This document shows positions 48,861-58,319 of a DNA stretch of 64,000 nt, one piece after another. A model generated the notes under the pieces. The model had not been told where the DNA came from. It worked only from the letters and a program-made list of their open reading frames with translations, and made no database searches. The position numbers and the translations under genes were made by a program. The stretch comes from a virus (taxonomy: Duplodnaviria > Caudoviricetes). Each line of letters begins with the position of its first letter. The stretch's first letter is position 1. The stretch spans positions 2,042 to 66,041 of the IMG/VR virus record IMGVR_UViG_3300032213_000911; one strand, written 5' to 3'.

Positions 48861-49868
48861 ATGGCTCACGAGATTATGGAAAAGGATACTGCTGTGTTTA
48901 ACCGAGTTGCTGCTTGGCATCGTCTTGGTACTGTTGTTGATTCGGATATGTCGCCTAATGATGCTTTGATGGCTGCTGGTCTTGACTGGAATGTTTACAA
49001 GTCTTCTTTTATCAAGGCTAGTATTCCTAACTGTGATGATGTGTTTAGTACTGATTACGCTGCTCTTATTCGTGAAGACACGAAGGAAATTCTTAGTGTT
49101 CAGTCAGCTGATTATCAGGTGATTCAGAACAAGGAACACTTTGAGATGGCTTATGAACTTAGTAATGATGTTAAGGTTGAGTCTGCGCTTAGTCTTAAGA
49201 ATGGTCGCAAGGTTGTTCTTCTTCTTCGTGGTGATACCTTTGATGTTGCTGGCTCTAGTGGCGATACTGTTACGGAATACATGGGTCTAATCAATAGCCA
49301 TGATGGTAGTATTGCTTTCTCTGCCTTGCCAACAAGTGTTCGTATTGTTTGTCAGAATACTCTTAGCATGGCAATTGCTAAGGCTCGTCGTGGAAAGAAT
49401 ATGTTTAGAATTACCCACAAGGGTTCTACTATGGAAGACAAGAAGGATGCAATGCGTGAAGCACTTCGTGAATTCAAGTCTAGTGGTAAGTTCTTCCGTG
49501 AGACTGTTAATACTCTTGCAAGCCGTGAACTTACCAAGAATGATATTCAGAAGTTCTGGATGGATGTTTGGGGTATGATTGAGGCTCCCATTGTTTCTAA
49601 TCCAAGCAATGGACATGAACAGAATAATTACGACAATGCTCTAAAGGCTGTGTCTAATTGGTCTGAAACCTTTGACCGTGAAAGGGATGAGACTAAGAGT
49701 AGAGCTAGTATCTGGATGGCTGCTAATGCTGTTAGCAAGTTTATCCAGCATCGTACTGCCGCTAGAGGTCGTGTGGCAAAGCCTGAGAATCGTGCATGGG
49801 ATAATCTTGCAGGACTTACTCAGGATGATACTATGAAGGTTTTCCGTCACGCTCTTACTCTTGTCTAA
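48861..49868 (+). CDS. DUF932-family phage/plasmid protein
   Basis: MAHE...AWHRLG, AGLDWNV, YQVIQN, NSHDGS, VRIVCQNTL motifs. Confidence 0.85.
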   Translation: MAHEIMEKDTAVFNRVAAWHRLGTVVDSDMSPNDALMAAGLDWNVYKSSFIKASIPNCDDVFSTDYAALIREDTKEILSVQSADYQVIQNKEHFEMAYELSNDVKVESALSLKNGRKVVLLLRGDTFDVAGSSGDTVTEYMGLINSHDGSIAFSALPTSVRIVCQNTLSMAIAKARRGKNMFRITHKGSTMEDKKDAMREALREFKSSGKFFRETVNTLASRELTKNDIQKFWMDVWGMIEAPIVSNPSNGHEQNNYDNALKAVSNWSETFDRERDETKSRASIWMAANAVSKFIQHRTAARGRVAKPENRAWDNLAGLTQDDTMKVFRHALTLV

Positions 49869-49922
49869 TCATTAATTTGATGGTGGGATGCGCATACCTA
49901 TAACGCATTATAAAGGTGATAT

Positions 49923-50312
49923 ATGGATAAAAAGATTGCAAATATGTGGATTAAGGCTCTTGAATCTGGTGACTATAAGCAGGGTCATTTTGCTCTTAGA
50001 TCTGAGAATGATTGTTTCTGTTGTCTTGGAGTTCTTTGCGATCTGTATGACAAAGATCGTAAGCAAAAGAAAAAGAGATCTATCAAGATTACTAATGCAA
50101 AGTATAATGGAAATAAAAACTTTTCTTGTTTTAAGTATGGTAATCAAACGGATTTTCTTCCAGTTGCTGTTAAGAATTGGGCTGGAATGTCAACCAATAA
50201 AGGTTGGTTAAATGGTATTCATCTGTCAGGTTTAAATGACGGTGATTACGATAAGCACTATACTTTTAAGGATATTGCTAAAATTATTAAGAAAAATATT
50301 GAAATTCTTTGA
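49923..50312 (+). CDS. hypothetical protein (W..AL.SG.Y.QG...FCCLGVLCD family)
   Basis: Recognisable phage family pattern ending LND...TF.DIA..I. Confidence 0.75.
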   Translation: MDKKIANMWIKALESGDYKQGHFALRSENDCFCCLGVLCDLYDKDRKQKKKRSIKITNAKYNGNKNFSCFKYGNQTDFLPVAVKNWAGMSTNKGWLNGIHLSGLNDGDYDKHYTFKDIAKIIKKNIEIL

Positions 50313-50324
50313 TAGGAGGTTACT

Positions 50325-52820
50325 ATGCCTGAGTTATGGGATTTACTAAAGCCAGAAGTTCAGGAAAGTAGAAAAAACTATCAAGCAATGCTTGAAGAAG
50401 AAATGTTAAATCTTTCCAACAATAGATATTGGGAAGAGTATAACAGATCGCCTGACGAAGGATATCCTGAACAGGGTCTATTAGATAGTTGTGTTATTCA
50501 TCTCACTCCATTCTATCAAGAGTGGATTGATATGGTTTCAAAGAATCGTAAGACTCCTGATTGGGCATATCCTTTGTTTGCTGTTGGTGCTGGTAAGATG
50601 GCTGACATTACTATACGATGTCTAATGCTTGAGTGGTTTAACTCAAATACTTGGGATCGTAAGATGGATGGTAAGGATGGAGATATTCATAGCTTACCTT
50701 TACCATCTGCACAGCATATGGCACATCAGATTTCTAATATGGCTATTGATATTGTTTCATATCAAGCAGCTAAGAAAGATTTTAGAGATGATTGGTTAAA
50801 GCAGTCTCATTATCAAAAGAATTGGACCGTTAAGCGATGTCGTGCTTTTGCTGGTAAAATGAATTGCATTAACAAAAAGCAATTTACTAGAAAGCAACGC
50901 GAAGATTTTGGTCATCATATGCTTCGCATTGCTGAGATGAGTAATATCATCATCATCAGAAACTTTAGAAAGCGTATTGGTAATCGTTGGTATGAAAGAG
51001 TTGTTGTAAGTTTTACTGATGAACTTCTTCAGGAGCTTCATAATAGACACAAGGATTTGATCTCAAGAGCAAGTCTATTGTATCGTCCTATGATTGTTCC
51101 TCCTGCTGAACATACTGTTACTTCATCTGGTGGTAACTTAATGCCTTGGATTCGTAAGCCAGTTGTTCAGAAGTTTAGAGATGTTCATTGGGATGAGACT
51201 GTTGTTCAGAAAAACTCAACTCCAAGCGAAATGGTTGTTCGTGGTTTAAATGCATTGATGCATACTGAGTGGGCTATTAACTATAAAGTCTATGCAGTAA
51301 TGAATGCAATGTTCCACAACAATACAAGGGAGGCTAATCTTCCAGCGTATAACTTTGATGCTTTTGATTTTGGTGAGGCTTATCCTGAAACTGGAACAAA
51401 AGAAGAAAAGGCTAAGTGGTGTCAGCGTAAAGAAGAGTCTTGGTCTTCTTGGTATAAGGAAGAACGATCCCGTGGTCGTATGTTGGTAAGGCTTAAGGTT
51501 GCAAATGATTTGATGAAGTGGAATTTCTTTTATCACATTTATACATGTGACTTTAGAGGTCGTGCTTATACTGCTTGTGATTTATTGTCACCACAAAGTT
51601 CAGATTTTGATCGTAGTTTAATTCACTTTGCTAAACCAATAAAGCAAACTGAAAACGGTATATACTGGTTAAAGGTTCATCTTGCTAATTTGTTTGATCA
51701 AGATAAGTTACCATTTGCAGATCGTATTAAATGGGTTGATGATAATCTTGATCTTATTAAAGATACTGCAAAAGATCCATTTGAAACAAGATGGTTTTGG
51801 GTTAGTGACAAAAAGAAAAAGAACCCTAGTTTTCAAAGACTAGCTGCAATCTTTGAACTTTGTAGAACAGATGGATTAACTCAACTACCAATTCAAATTG
51901 ATGGTTCATGTAACGGTGTTCAACATTGGGCTGCTATTATGCGTGATGTTGATCTTGCTTATAAAGTAAATCTTACTGGACACAAAGATCCACAAGATTT
52001 ATATGGTTTTGTTGCTGATTCTATGACTAATTCAATGTCAAAGGATTCTAAAGATGAGAATGCAGACCCAGATACAAAGGATTGGGCACAGTTATTTTTA
52101 AATCATTGGGATAACAAAATCCCAAGATCAGTATGCAAGAGAGCTGTTATGACAGATCCATATGGTGTTACATTCTACGGTATTCGCAGATACTGTAAGA
52201 CTGAAGGTCATTTGGATTGGGTTAACAAGGATCGTATTGCTGGTGCAGTTATGGAACTGGCTACTTATATTGACAAGTGCTTAAAAAATACTTTAACTAA
52301 TGCAAATTATGGTAAGGTATGGCTAAAGCAAATTGCTGATATAGCAAGCAATATGGGTAAAAATCTTGAGTGGACTACTCCATGTGGTTTTAAGGTTGTC
52401 CATCAGTATTATGAAATTCTAACAAGGCGATCAATTGCAAAGTTGTTCAACATGAAGGAACTTCATTTTGGTTCTACAGATTCAAGTCAGATTGATGACA
52501 CTCAAGTTAACTTGGCAGTAAGTCCAAATTATATCCACAGTCTTGATGCAAGTCATATGTGGATGACTATGGATAAAATGCTTACGGCTGGTATTACTAA
52601 TTTTAGTTTTGTACATGATTCATATGGGTGTGCTGCTCCATATGTTCCATTAATGAGACAATACACAAGAGAAGAGTTTTATGCTATGCATAAAGAACCT
52701 TTACTTGAAAAACTAAAGTTAGAAGTTGAGAGTTCATTAGGAGTTGAACTTCCAAGTACACCTTTAATTGGATCTTTAAATATTTCTTCTGTTCTTGAAG
52801 CAGAGTATTTCTTTCACTAA
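50325..52820 (+). CDS. single-subunit T7-like DNA-directed RNA polymerase
   Basis: DFRGRAY, motif A DGSCNGVQH, motif B RSVCKRAVMTDPYG, PNYIHSLDASH, motif C VHDSYG. Confidence 0.97.
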   Translation: MPELWDLLKPEVQESRKNYQAMLEEEMLNLSNNRYWEEYNRSPDEGYPEQGLLDSCVIHLTPFYQEWIDMVSKNRKTPDWAYPLFAVGAGKMADITIRCLMLEWFNSNTWDRKMDGKDGDIHSLPLPSAQHMAHQISNMAIDIVSYQAAKKDFRDDWLKQSHYQKNWTVKRCRAFAGKMNCINKKQFTRKQREDFGHHMLRIAEMSNIIIIRNFRKRIGNRWYERVVVSFTDELLQELHNRHKDLISRASLLYRPMIVPPAEHTVTSSGGNLMPWIRKPVVQKFRDVHWDETVVQKNSTPSEMVVRGLNALMHTEWAINYKVYAVMNAMFHNNTREANLPAYNFDAFDFGEAYPETGTKEEKAKWCQRKEESWSSWYKEERSRGRMLVRLKVANDLMKWNFFYHIYTCDFRGRAYTACDLLSPQSSDFDRSLIHFAKPIKQTENGIYWLKVHLANLFDQDKLPFADRIKWVDDNLDLIKDTAKDPFETRWFWVSDKKKKNPSFQRLAAIFELCRTDGLTQLPIQIDGSCNGVQHWAAIMRDVDLAYKVNLTGHKDPQDLYGFVADSMTNSMSKDSKDENADPDTKDWAQLFLNHWDNKIPRSVCKRAVMTDPYGVTFYGIRRYCKTEGHLDWVNKDRIAGAVMELATYIDKCLKNTLTNANYGKVWLKQIADIASNMGKNLEWTTPCGFKVVHQYYEILTRRSIAKLFNMKELHFGSTDSSQIDDTQVNLAVSPNYIHSLDASHMWMTMDKMLTAGITNFSFVHDSYGCAAPYVPLMRQYTREEFYAMHKEPLLEKLKLEVESSLGVELPSTPLIGSLNISSVLEAEYFFH

Positions 52821-52828
52821 GGAATTAT

Positions 52829-53071
52829 ATGGCAAAAAAGAAAAAGAAAAGAAAGATTATAAAGGTACAAAATGAAGGTGATATGGAAAATGCTGTTAAG
52901 CGTGTGGTTGATTTGGCTTTGTCTGATCAAGTAAAAAAAACCATAAACTTGTGGTTTCCAACTGGAAGATTTGGTGCTATATTTTTAGATAACTGTCATA
53001 ATGAAATGATGTTAAAAAATGTTCCAGAACAAACTGATATGAACATAAACATCTATATAAATGAGGATTAA
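52829..53071 (+). CDS. hypothetical protein
   Basis: AAGGA RBS; basic N-terminus. Confidence 0.6.
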   Translation: MAKKKKKRKIIKVQNEGDMENAVKRVVDLALSDQVKKTINLWFPTGRFGAIFLDNCHNEMMLKNVPEQTDMNINIYINED

Positions 53072-53073
53072 TA

Positions 53074-53733
53074 ATGTCTAGAGTTTTAGTTATAGGTGAC
53101 ACGCATTTTCCTGCGGTTCACAAGAATTACTTTACATTTGTTAAAAAGATTCGTGATAAGTACAAGTGTAATGAAGTAGTTCATATGGGTGATGTTGTTG
53201 ATCACCATTGTATTTCGTTTCATGCAAAGCATCCTGAAAACGAGGGTGCTGTTACTGAATACAAGAAGGCTTCGATTTGTATTAAGCAATGGGAAAAAGA
53301 GTTTCCAGAGTTAAAGGTTTGTATTGGTAATCACGACGAAAGAGTTTATAGATTAGCTTCAAATATGGGTATTCCAGATTTTTATCTGAAAGACTATAAT
53401 GGAGTTTATACAACAACTAAATGGGAGTGGATGTATGCTCATATTATTGACGGCGTTCGCTATCAACACGGTACTGGGTCTTCTTCTCAATATCCAGCTT
53501 TTAATACGGCTAAGATGTCGGCATTCCCCATTTGCATGGGACATCACCATTCTATTGCTGGCATCAATTGGCTTTGTGGCCCTGATCGTAGGATTTTTGG
53601 AATGGATGTTGGGTGTGGCGTAGACAAGGATAGATATGAAATGGCTTATGGTAAAAACCTAATTAAGAAGCCAGTCATTTCTTGTGGCGTTGTAATTGAT
53701 GGTCATCCTTATCTTGAACTTATGAATATGTGA
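53074..53733 (+). CDS. calcineurin-like metallophosphoesterase
   Basis: GDTH, GDVVD, GNHD, HG and GHHH motifs. Confidence 0.9.
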   Translation: MSRVLVIGDTHFPAVHKNYFTFVKKIRDKYKCNEVVHMGDVVDHHCISFHAKHPENEGAVTEYKKASICIKQWEKEFPELKVCIGNHDERVYRLASNMGIPDFYLKDYNGVYTTTKWEWMYAHIIDGVRYQHGTGSSSQYPAFNTAKMSAFPICMGHHHSIAGINWLCGPDRRIFGMDVGCGVDKDRYEMAYGKNLIKKPVISCGVVIDGHPYLELMNM

Positions 53734-53741
53734 GGTATAAT

Positions 53742-54050
53742 ATGGAACAAAAGAAGTTTGCTGTACTTACTGAAGAAATGTTTAAGTTTGTTACTCCTAA
53801 GTTTACTGTTAGAATGTGGCTTCCACTAACTCAACCGTTTAGTCAAAACGATCTTTACCCAACTTCTGATGGTTTTGTTGCTGATGATAGTTGGATGAAG
53901 CATAATATTGAACAATGTATTAAAAGCAAATGGAAAGATCTTGGTATATCTGAACTTGGTCTTCGTCTATTATCTGCATACGAGGCCAATGCCGTTGAAG
54001 TTCTTGACAAGGACGGAAATGGTAAGGTTTTCTATAACGACTGGCCCTGA
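53742..54050 (+). CDS. hypothetical protein
   Basis: GAGGT RBS before ATG 53742. Confidence 0.55.
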   Translation: MEQKKFAVLTEEMFKFVTPKFTVRMWLPLTQPFSQNDLYPTSDGFVADDSWMKHNIEQCIKSKWKDLGISELGLRLLSAYEANAVEVLDKDGNGKVFYNDWP

Positions 54051-54071
54051 TAGTTGGGGCTAATGATAGGT
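54050..54071 (+). promoter_or_regulatory. candidate phage RNAP promoter
   Basis: ATAGTTGGGGCTAATGATAGGT; intergenic, upstream of the replication genes. Confidence 0.6.
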
Positions 54072-54097
54072 ACTATCAGAAAGGAGGAAGTATAACA

Positions 54098-54307
54098 ATG
54101 AATACAGAAACTACAAATAATGGTCCTGCTGTAACTGGCGTAAGCGTAATTGAATACCTTTCAAATATTAGCACAGTTCTAACTGGTATTACAACTAATA
54201 TTAATGAACAGGTTACTCGTCTAATTGCTGCTCAGTCTACTGCTACTGCAAATCTAAATAAGGAGAATTCAAATGAAGACCGCGAAGTTGCCACCGCTAG
54301 TAACTGA
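54098..54307 (+). CDS. hypothetical protein
   Basis: AGGAGG RBS. Confidence 0.6.
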   Translation: MNTETTNNGPAVTGVSVIEYLSNISTVLTGITTNINEQVTRLIAAQSTATANLNKENSNEDREVATASN

Positions 54308-54803
54308 TACCCTTGAAGTTAAGTGGAGTAATCTACTTAAGCCAGATACTAACTTTGGAGAAAATTCTGCTAATCACAATATCACCGTTATTGCTGATAA
54401 GGATTTGCAGAAGACTCTTGCAGACATTCTTAAGAAGAGTGGAGCAAAGAAGATCAATGGTATGGTTGATAAGGATGGCGTTAAGTATGTAAAGTTTAAG
54501 AGCAAGAATCACATCGACAAGATTAAGTTCCCTTGTGTAGATGCTCTTGCAAAGGAAACAGAAGTTGTTGCTTTTGGTGGCGATAAGGTTCGCTTAAAGC
54601 TTCAGCCGATGGTTCTGAGTCGTGATAACTCTCTCAGTCTATATCTGAACGGTGTTCAAATCATTGAAAAGAATAACCTTGGTGGTGGTTCTGGTAGTGG
54701 TTTTGCACCAGTAGAAGGTGGTTTTGTTGGTGCTAATACCAACACTAAGTCTGCATCAACTACAGAGACAGAAGAAGTTACAGACGATGACATTCCGTTT
54801 TAA
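54273..54803 (+). CDS. ssb: single-stranded DNA-binding protein, T7 gp2.5-like
   Basis: WSNLLKPDTNFG, SLYLNGVQII, acidic tail ending DDDIPF. Confidence 0.88.
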   Translation: MKTAKLPPLVTDTLEVKWSNLLKPDTNFGENSANHNITVIADKDLQKTLADILKKSGAKKINGMVDKDGVKYVKFKSKNHIDKIKFPCVDALAKETEVVAFGGDKVRLKLQPMVLSRDNSLSLYLNGVQIIEKNNLGGGSGSGFAPVEGGFVGANTNTKSASTTETEEVTDDDIPF

Positions 54804-55180
54804 TGGAATGGAAGTTTGAAATATCACCAGTCGCTGCTTCTAGGCCAAGAGTAGGTAAGTGGGGAGCTTACTACTCTGGTCCTTATAAAGAATTTAGAGA
54901 ACAAGCTGCTTCAAAAGTATATGAAGTAATTGGAACAGAAAGAGAATTACTAACTGGTCCATTAGCTATTACTCTAGAACTCTATATAAAGAGGCCAAAG
55001 AAAACAGAGCGTAGTCACCCAAGAGCAGACTTGGATAATTACACTAAGGCTGTGTTTGATGTTATGAATGGAAAATTATGGGAAGACGATTCGCAGATCG
55101 TTTCCATGTATGTAACCAAGGAATGGGCTGATAAAAGCTCTGATGGTTACTTTGTACTTGGTGTTAATAAACCCAAGTAA
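54803..55180 (+). CDS. rusA: RusA-family Holliday junction resolvase
   Basis: PVAASRPR, DLDNYTKAVFD...WEDDSQIV. Confidence 0.9.
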   Translation: MEWKFEISPVAASRPRVGKWGAYYSGPYKEFREQAASKVYEVIGTERELLTGPLAITLELYIKRPKKTERSHPRADLDNYTKAVFDVMNGKLWEDDSQIVSMYVTKEWADKSSDGYFVLGVNKPK

Positions 55181-55183
55181 GTG

Positions 55184-55266
55184 TCTTTGGTAGTTTAAAC
55201 TAGTAGAACAGTATACATTTACCCCAAGCGTGTATAAAGATGGTGGTGCAAATCCACCCCAACGAT
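55184..55266 (+). ncRNA. tRNA-like element with 13-nt anticodon loop
   Basis: TCTTTGG/CCAACGA acceptor (1 mismatch), GTTT/GAAC D stem, TATACA/TGTATA stem, GGTGG-TGCAAAT-CCACC T arm. Confidence 0.7.
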
Positions 55267-55284
55267 TTAAAAGGAGATTTAATT

Positions 55285-55944
55285 ATGGATAAGTTAGTAG
55301 AATATATTGATCATATGGGTACTGATGCTTCTGTTGTTAATGCAGCCAGAGTTTCTTTTGATAAACTTGCTGAAAACTATTCTCCAGAACAAAACGATAA
55401 ACTTATTAAGTTCTTGGCAAAGCATAAACATTGGAGTCCTTTTTCTCATACAAGTATTTCTATGAGATTTAAGGCTCCTGTTTTTATCGCACGACAATTA
55501 GCAAAACATCAGGTTGGTTTTGCTTGGAATGAAATCAGTCGCCGTTATGTTAACTTTACTCCAGATTGTTGGATTCCAGATGCATTTAGAATGCGTGCTG
55601 AAAATAAAAAGCAAGGTTCATCTGATGAGGTTATTAATGATTCATCAATAATGCTTGATTATAAGAACATGTGTTCAGCTGCCTTGATCATGTACGATAG
55701 ACTACTTGAGCGTGGCGTGTGTCCTGAGCAAGCACGGGCTGTTCTGCCGCAGGCTATGTACACCGAGTGGATCTGGACAGGTTCATTGTATGCGTGGCTC
55801 AGGATGGCTATGCTTCGGTCACACGATACGGCACAGGCAGAAGTGAGAGTATATGCTAAAGCTGTTGGTTCAATTTGTAGTAATTTATTCCCAATAAGCT
55901 GGAGCGCATTAGTAAATGAATCATTGGATAGAACTCTCTCGTAA
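55285..55944 (+). CDS. thyX: FAD-dependent thymidylate synthase
   Basis: VNAARVS, HWSPF, ARQLAKH...NEISRRY, EQARAVLP, AQAEVR; AGGAG RBS favours ATG 55285. Confidence 0.95.
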   Translation: MDKLVEYIDHMGTDASVVNAARVSFDKLAENYSPEQNDKLIKFLAKHKHWSPFSHTSISMRFKAPVFIARQLAKHQVGFAWNEISRRYVNFTPDCWIPDAFRMRAENKKQGSSDEVINDSSIMLDYKNMCSAALIMYDRLLERGVCPEQARAVLPQAMYTEWIWTGSLYAWLRMAMLRSHDTAQAEVRVYAKAVGSICSNLFPISWSALVNESLDRTLS

Positions 55945-56269
55945 AATTTCTGAAACAGTTCAAAGAGATCGTGCTCATATTTCTTTGGTTATTAGAAAAA
56001 ATAAAGTAATTGCTGTTGGTACTAATAACTGGAAGACACACCCAAAGACTGTTGAACTTGGTTATATGTTACCTTATCTTCACTCTGAGTTAGATGCAGT
56101 AAAAAAAATTCAATGTAGTATGGATAAACTTATTCTTGTTAATACTAGGTTTAGTAAGACTGGTCATATTGGAATGTCGAGGCCATGTAAGTATTGTATG
56201 CCTTGGTGTACTAATATGTTTGATAAAATTTATTATACTAATGAAGAAGGGATTCTTGTTGAACTATGA
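55916..56269 (+). CDS. zinc-dependent cytidine/dCMP deaminase-superfamily protein
   Basis: HSE (HxE) and SRPCKYC (PCxxC) motifs. Confidence 0.8.
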   Translation: MNHWIELSRKISETVQRDRAHISLVIRKNKVIAVGTNNWKTHPKTVELGYMLPYLHSELDAVKKIQCSMDKLILVNTRFSKTGHIGMSRPCKYCMPWCTNMFDKIYYTNEEGILVEL

Positions 56270-56574
56270 AAATTAATGAAACATTTAAAATTATATCAAG
56301 GTATGGACAGCCTAGAGTAGTTACGAAGGTTGCCAGAAATAAGTATATTATTGATGGGCCTTCTGCTTATTATAGAGGAGGCACTTCTAATGATGGACAT
56401 CCTTTTATTGATTATGATGGCGGTCCTTTTGTATGCACGGGTGATTCAATGTCGTTCTATGGAGGAACGGAAAAGGAAAGAATTGCGTCGATTGAGATTA
56501 TTGAGTCATCTCAAGAAGGATTCTTAACAGTAGAAATATTGACTAGATCTAAAGATAAGGTATTAAAACTATGA
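56266..56574 (+). CDS. hypothetical protein
   Basis: ATGA overlaps at both ends; SRYG...DYDGGPF pattern. Confidence 0.65.
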   Translation: MKINETFKIISRYGQPRVVTKVARNKYIIDGPSAYYRGGTSNDGHPFIDYDGGPFVCTGDSMSFYGGTEKERIASIEIIESSQEGFLTVEILTRSKDKVLKL

Positions 56575-58319
56575 GTAGCACATTTACTGGCAAGCGTACA
56601 CAATGTCCAAAGTGTGCTGCTTCTGGACTTGATAACAAAGGTAATAATTTTGCAGAGTATACAGATCATTGGTATTGCTTTGCTTGTCAACACTATGAAG
56701 GAAAGGATGGAGTAACTAGAACTATGGAAACAGATACAACATTTACTAGTGCTGAATTCAAGCCAACAAAGGGTACTGTAACTGGCCTTTCTCATCGTAA
56801 TATTGATGACAAGACTTGCAGGCTTTATGGTTATGAATCAGCTAAGGTTAACGGCAAGGAAGTAGAAATTTCAAATTACTATAAGTCAGGTTCACTTGTT
56901 GCCCAACATCTTCGTGGTCCTAACAAGCAATTCTTTTGGAAAGGTAATAGCCGAAATGTAGAGTTATTCGGCCAGCATCTTTGGAAGAATGGTGGCAAGC
57001 GTCTTGTGATTACTGAGGGTGAAATTGACTGCATGACGGTTAATCAATTGCTTGGTGGTACTTGGCCAGTTGTTTCTATTCCTAATGGAGCACAGTCTGC
57101 CGTCAAAGCAATCAAAGATAACTATGAATTTGTGTGCAGTTATAACGAAATTGTGCTTTGCTTTGATGGTGATGAACCCGGCAGAAATGCTACTAAGCAG
57201 GTGGCTGAATTACTACCACCCGGCAAGTGCAAGATTGCTAAGTTGCCTTACAAGGATGCTAATGAATGTTTAATGAATGCCAACGGCAAGGCTGTTGTTT
57301 CTGCTATCTGGGAAGCACAGCAGTATTCTCCAGATGAGATTTTACATATTTCGTCAATTGTAAATGACGGAGAGGATATTGCAAATGTTAGAGTATACCC
57401 GTTTCCCTTCGATTCACTTAGCGAGTATCTTATTGGCCAGCGTAGTGGTGAAATTACTTTATGGGCTAGTGGAACTGGTAGTGGTAAGTCTACTATTCTT
57501 CGTGAGCTTATCATTCACCATCTTGAAGAAGGCAGATCAGTTGGTGCAATCATGCTTGAAGAATCACCACAAGAAACTATGGATGACATGATTAGCTTGT
57601 TGCTTAACAAGCCAGTCCGTGCTATTCGTGCTTGTAGGATGATGAATGATCTTCGTGTTAAGCTTGGCAAGTCACCAATCAACATGGACTATATTGATGA
57701 TCTATCTGATGAAGAGTATGCTGATGCAAAGCGTAAGCTTAGTGGCACTAACTTCTTTATCTATGACCATCTTGGTAACAATGCTATGCAGAATCTACTT
57801 GCTCGTATGGAGTACATGGCTGTCAGTCTTAAGGTTGATGTAATTGTTCTAGATCACATTACCGCTGCCGCAGCTGGTCTTATGGGTATGCATGATAAAG
57901 ATACTGATGGTGGTAACTCAGAGCGTATCATTATTGATACACTTATGAAGGAACTACGATCTCTTGCTGTTCGTACTGGTGTGCATGTTGATATTGTATC
58001 ACAACTTAAGAAGACCGACAAGGCTTATGAAGAGGGTGATCGTATTACTCTACAGGATCTTCGTGGTTCAGGTGCATTGTCATCCGTACCAAATACTGTA
58101 GTTGCTCTTGAGCGTGATCGTCAGAATGCAGATGAAACTGTTGCGAATACAACTCTAATTCGTGTACTCAAAAATCGTCTAACTGGTCGCGCTGGTATTG
58201 CTACTGCACTATTCTATGATCGTAAGACTGGTAGAATGAAAGAAGTTGGCTTTGCGATTGATGATGGTGGTCAAGTTATTTATAATCCAGCAGAAGGAAC
58301 TACTGATGTTAACAGCTGA
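56571..58319 (+). CDS. primase-helicase, T7 gp4-like
   Basis: CPKC/CFAC zinc finger, ITEGEID, FDGDEPG, KDANE, SGTGSGKST, LDHI, DLRGSG, LERD, KNR.TG. Confidence 0.96.
   Translation: MSSTFTGKRTQCPKCAASGLDNKGNNFAEYTDHWYCFACQHYEGKDGVTRTMETDTTFTSAEFKPTKGTVTGLSHRNIDDKTCRLYGYESAKVNGKEVEISNYYKSGSLVAQHLRGPNKQFFWKGNSRNVELFGQHLWKNGGKRLVITEGEIDCMTVNQLLGGTWPVVSIPNGAQSAVKAIKDNYEFVCSYNEIVLCFDGDEPGRNATKQVAELLPPGKCKIAKLPYKDANECLMNANGKAVVSAIWEAQQYSPDEILHISSIVNDGEDIANVRVYPFPFDSLSEYLIGQRSGEITLWASGTGSGKSTILRELIIHHLEEGRSVGAIMLEESPQETMDDMISLLLNKPVRAIRACRMMNDLRVKLGKSPINMDYIDDLSDEEYADAKRKLSGTNFFIYDHLGNNAMQNLLARMEYMAVSLKVDVIVLDHITAAAAGLMGMHDKDTDGGNSERIIIDTLMKELRSLAVRTGVHVDIVSQLKKTDKAYEEGDRITLQDLRGSGALSSVPNTVVALERDRQNADETVANTTLIRVLKNRLTGRAGIATALFYDRKTGRMKEVGFAIDDGGQVIYNPAEGTTDVNS

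Noticed and set aside
55240-55284. Longer thyX N-terminus from the ORF track
   Set aside because: It overlaps the tRNA-like T arm; the AGGAG RBS supports ATG 55285
55680-55850. Local GC-rich patches in thyX (also in polymerase, terS and exonuclease) as introns or mobile inserts
   Set aside because: Reading frames and conserved motifs continue uninterrupted through them
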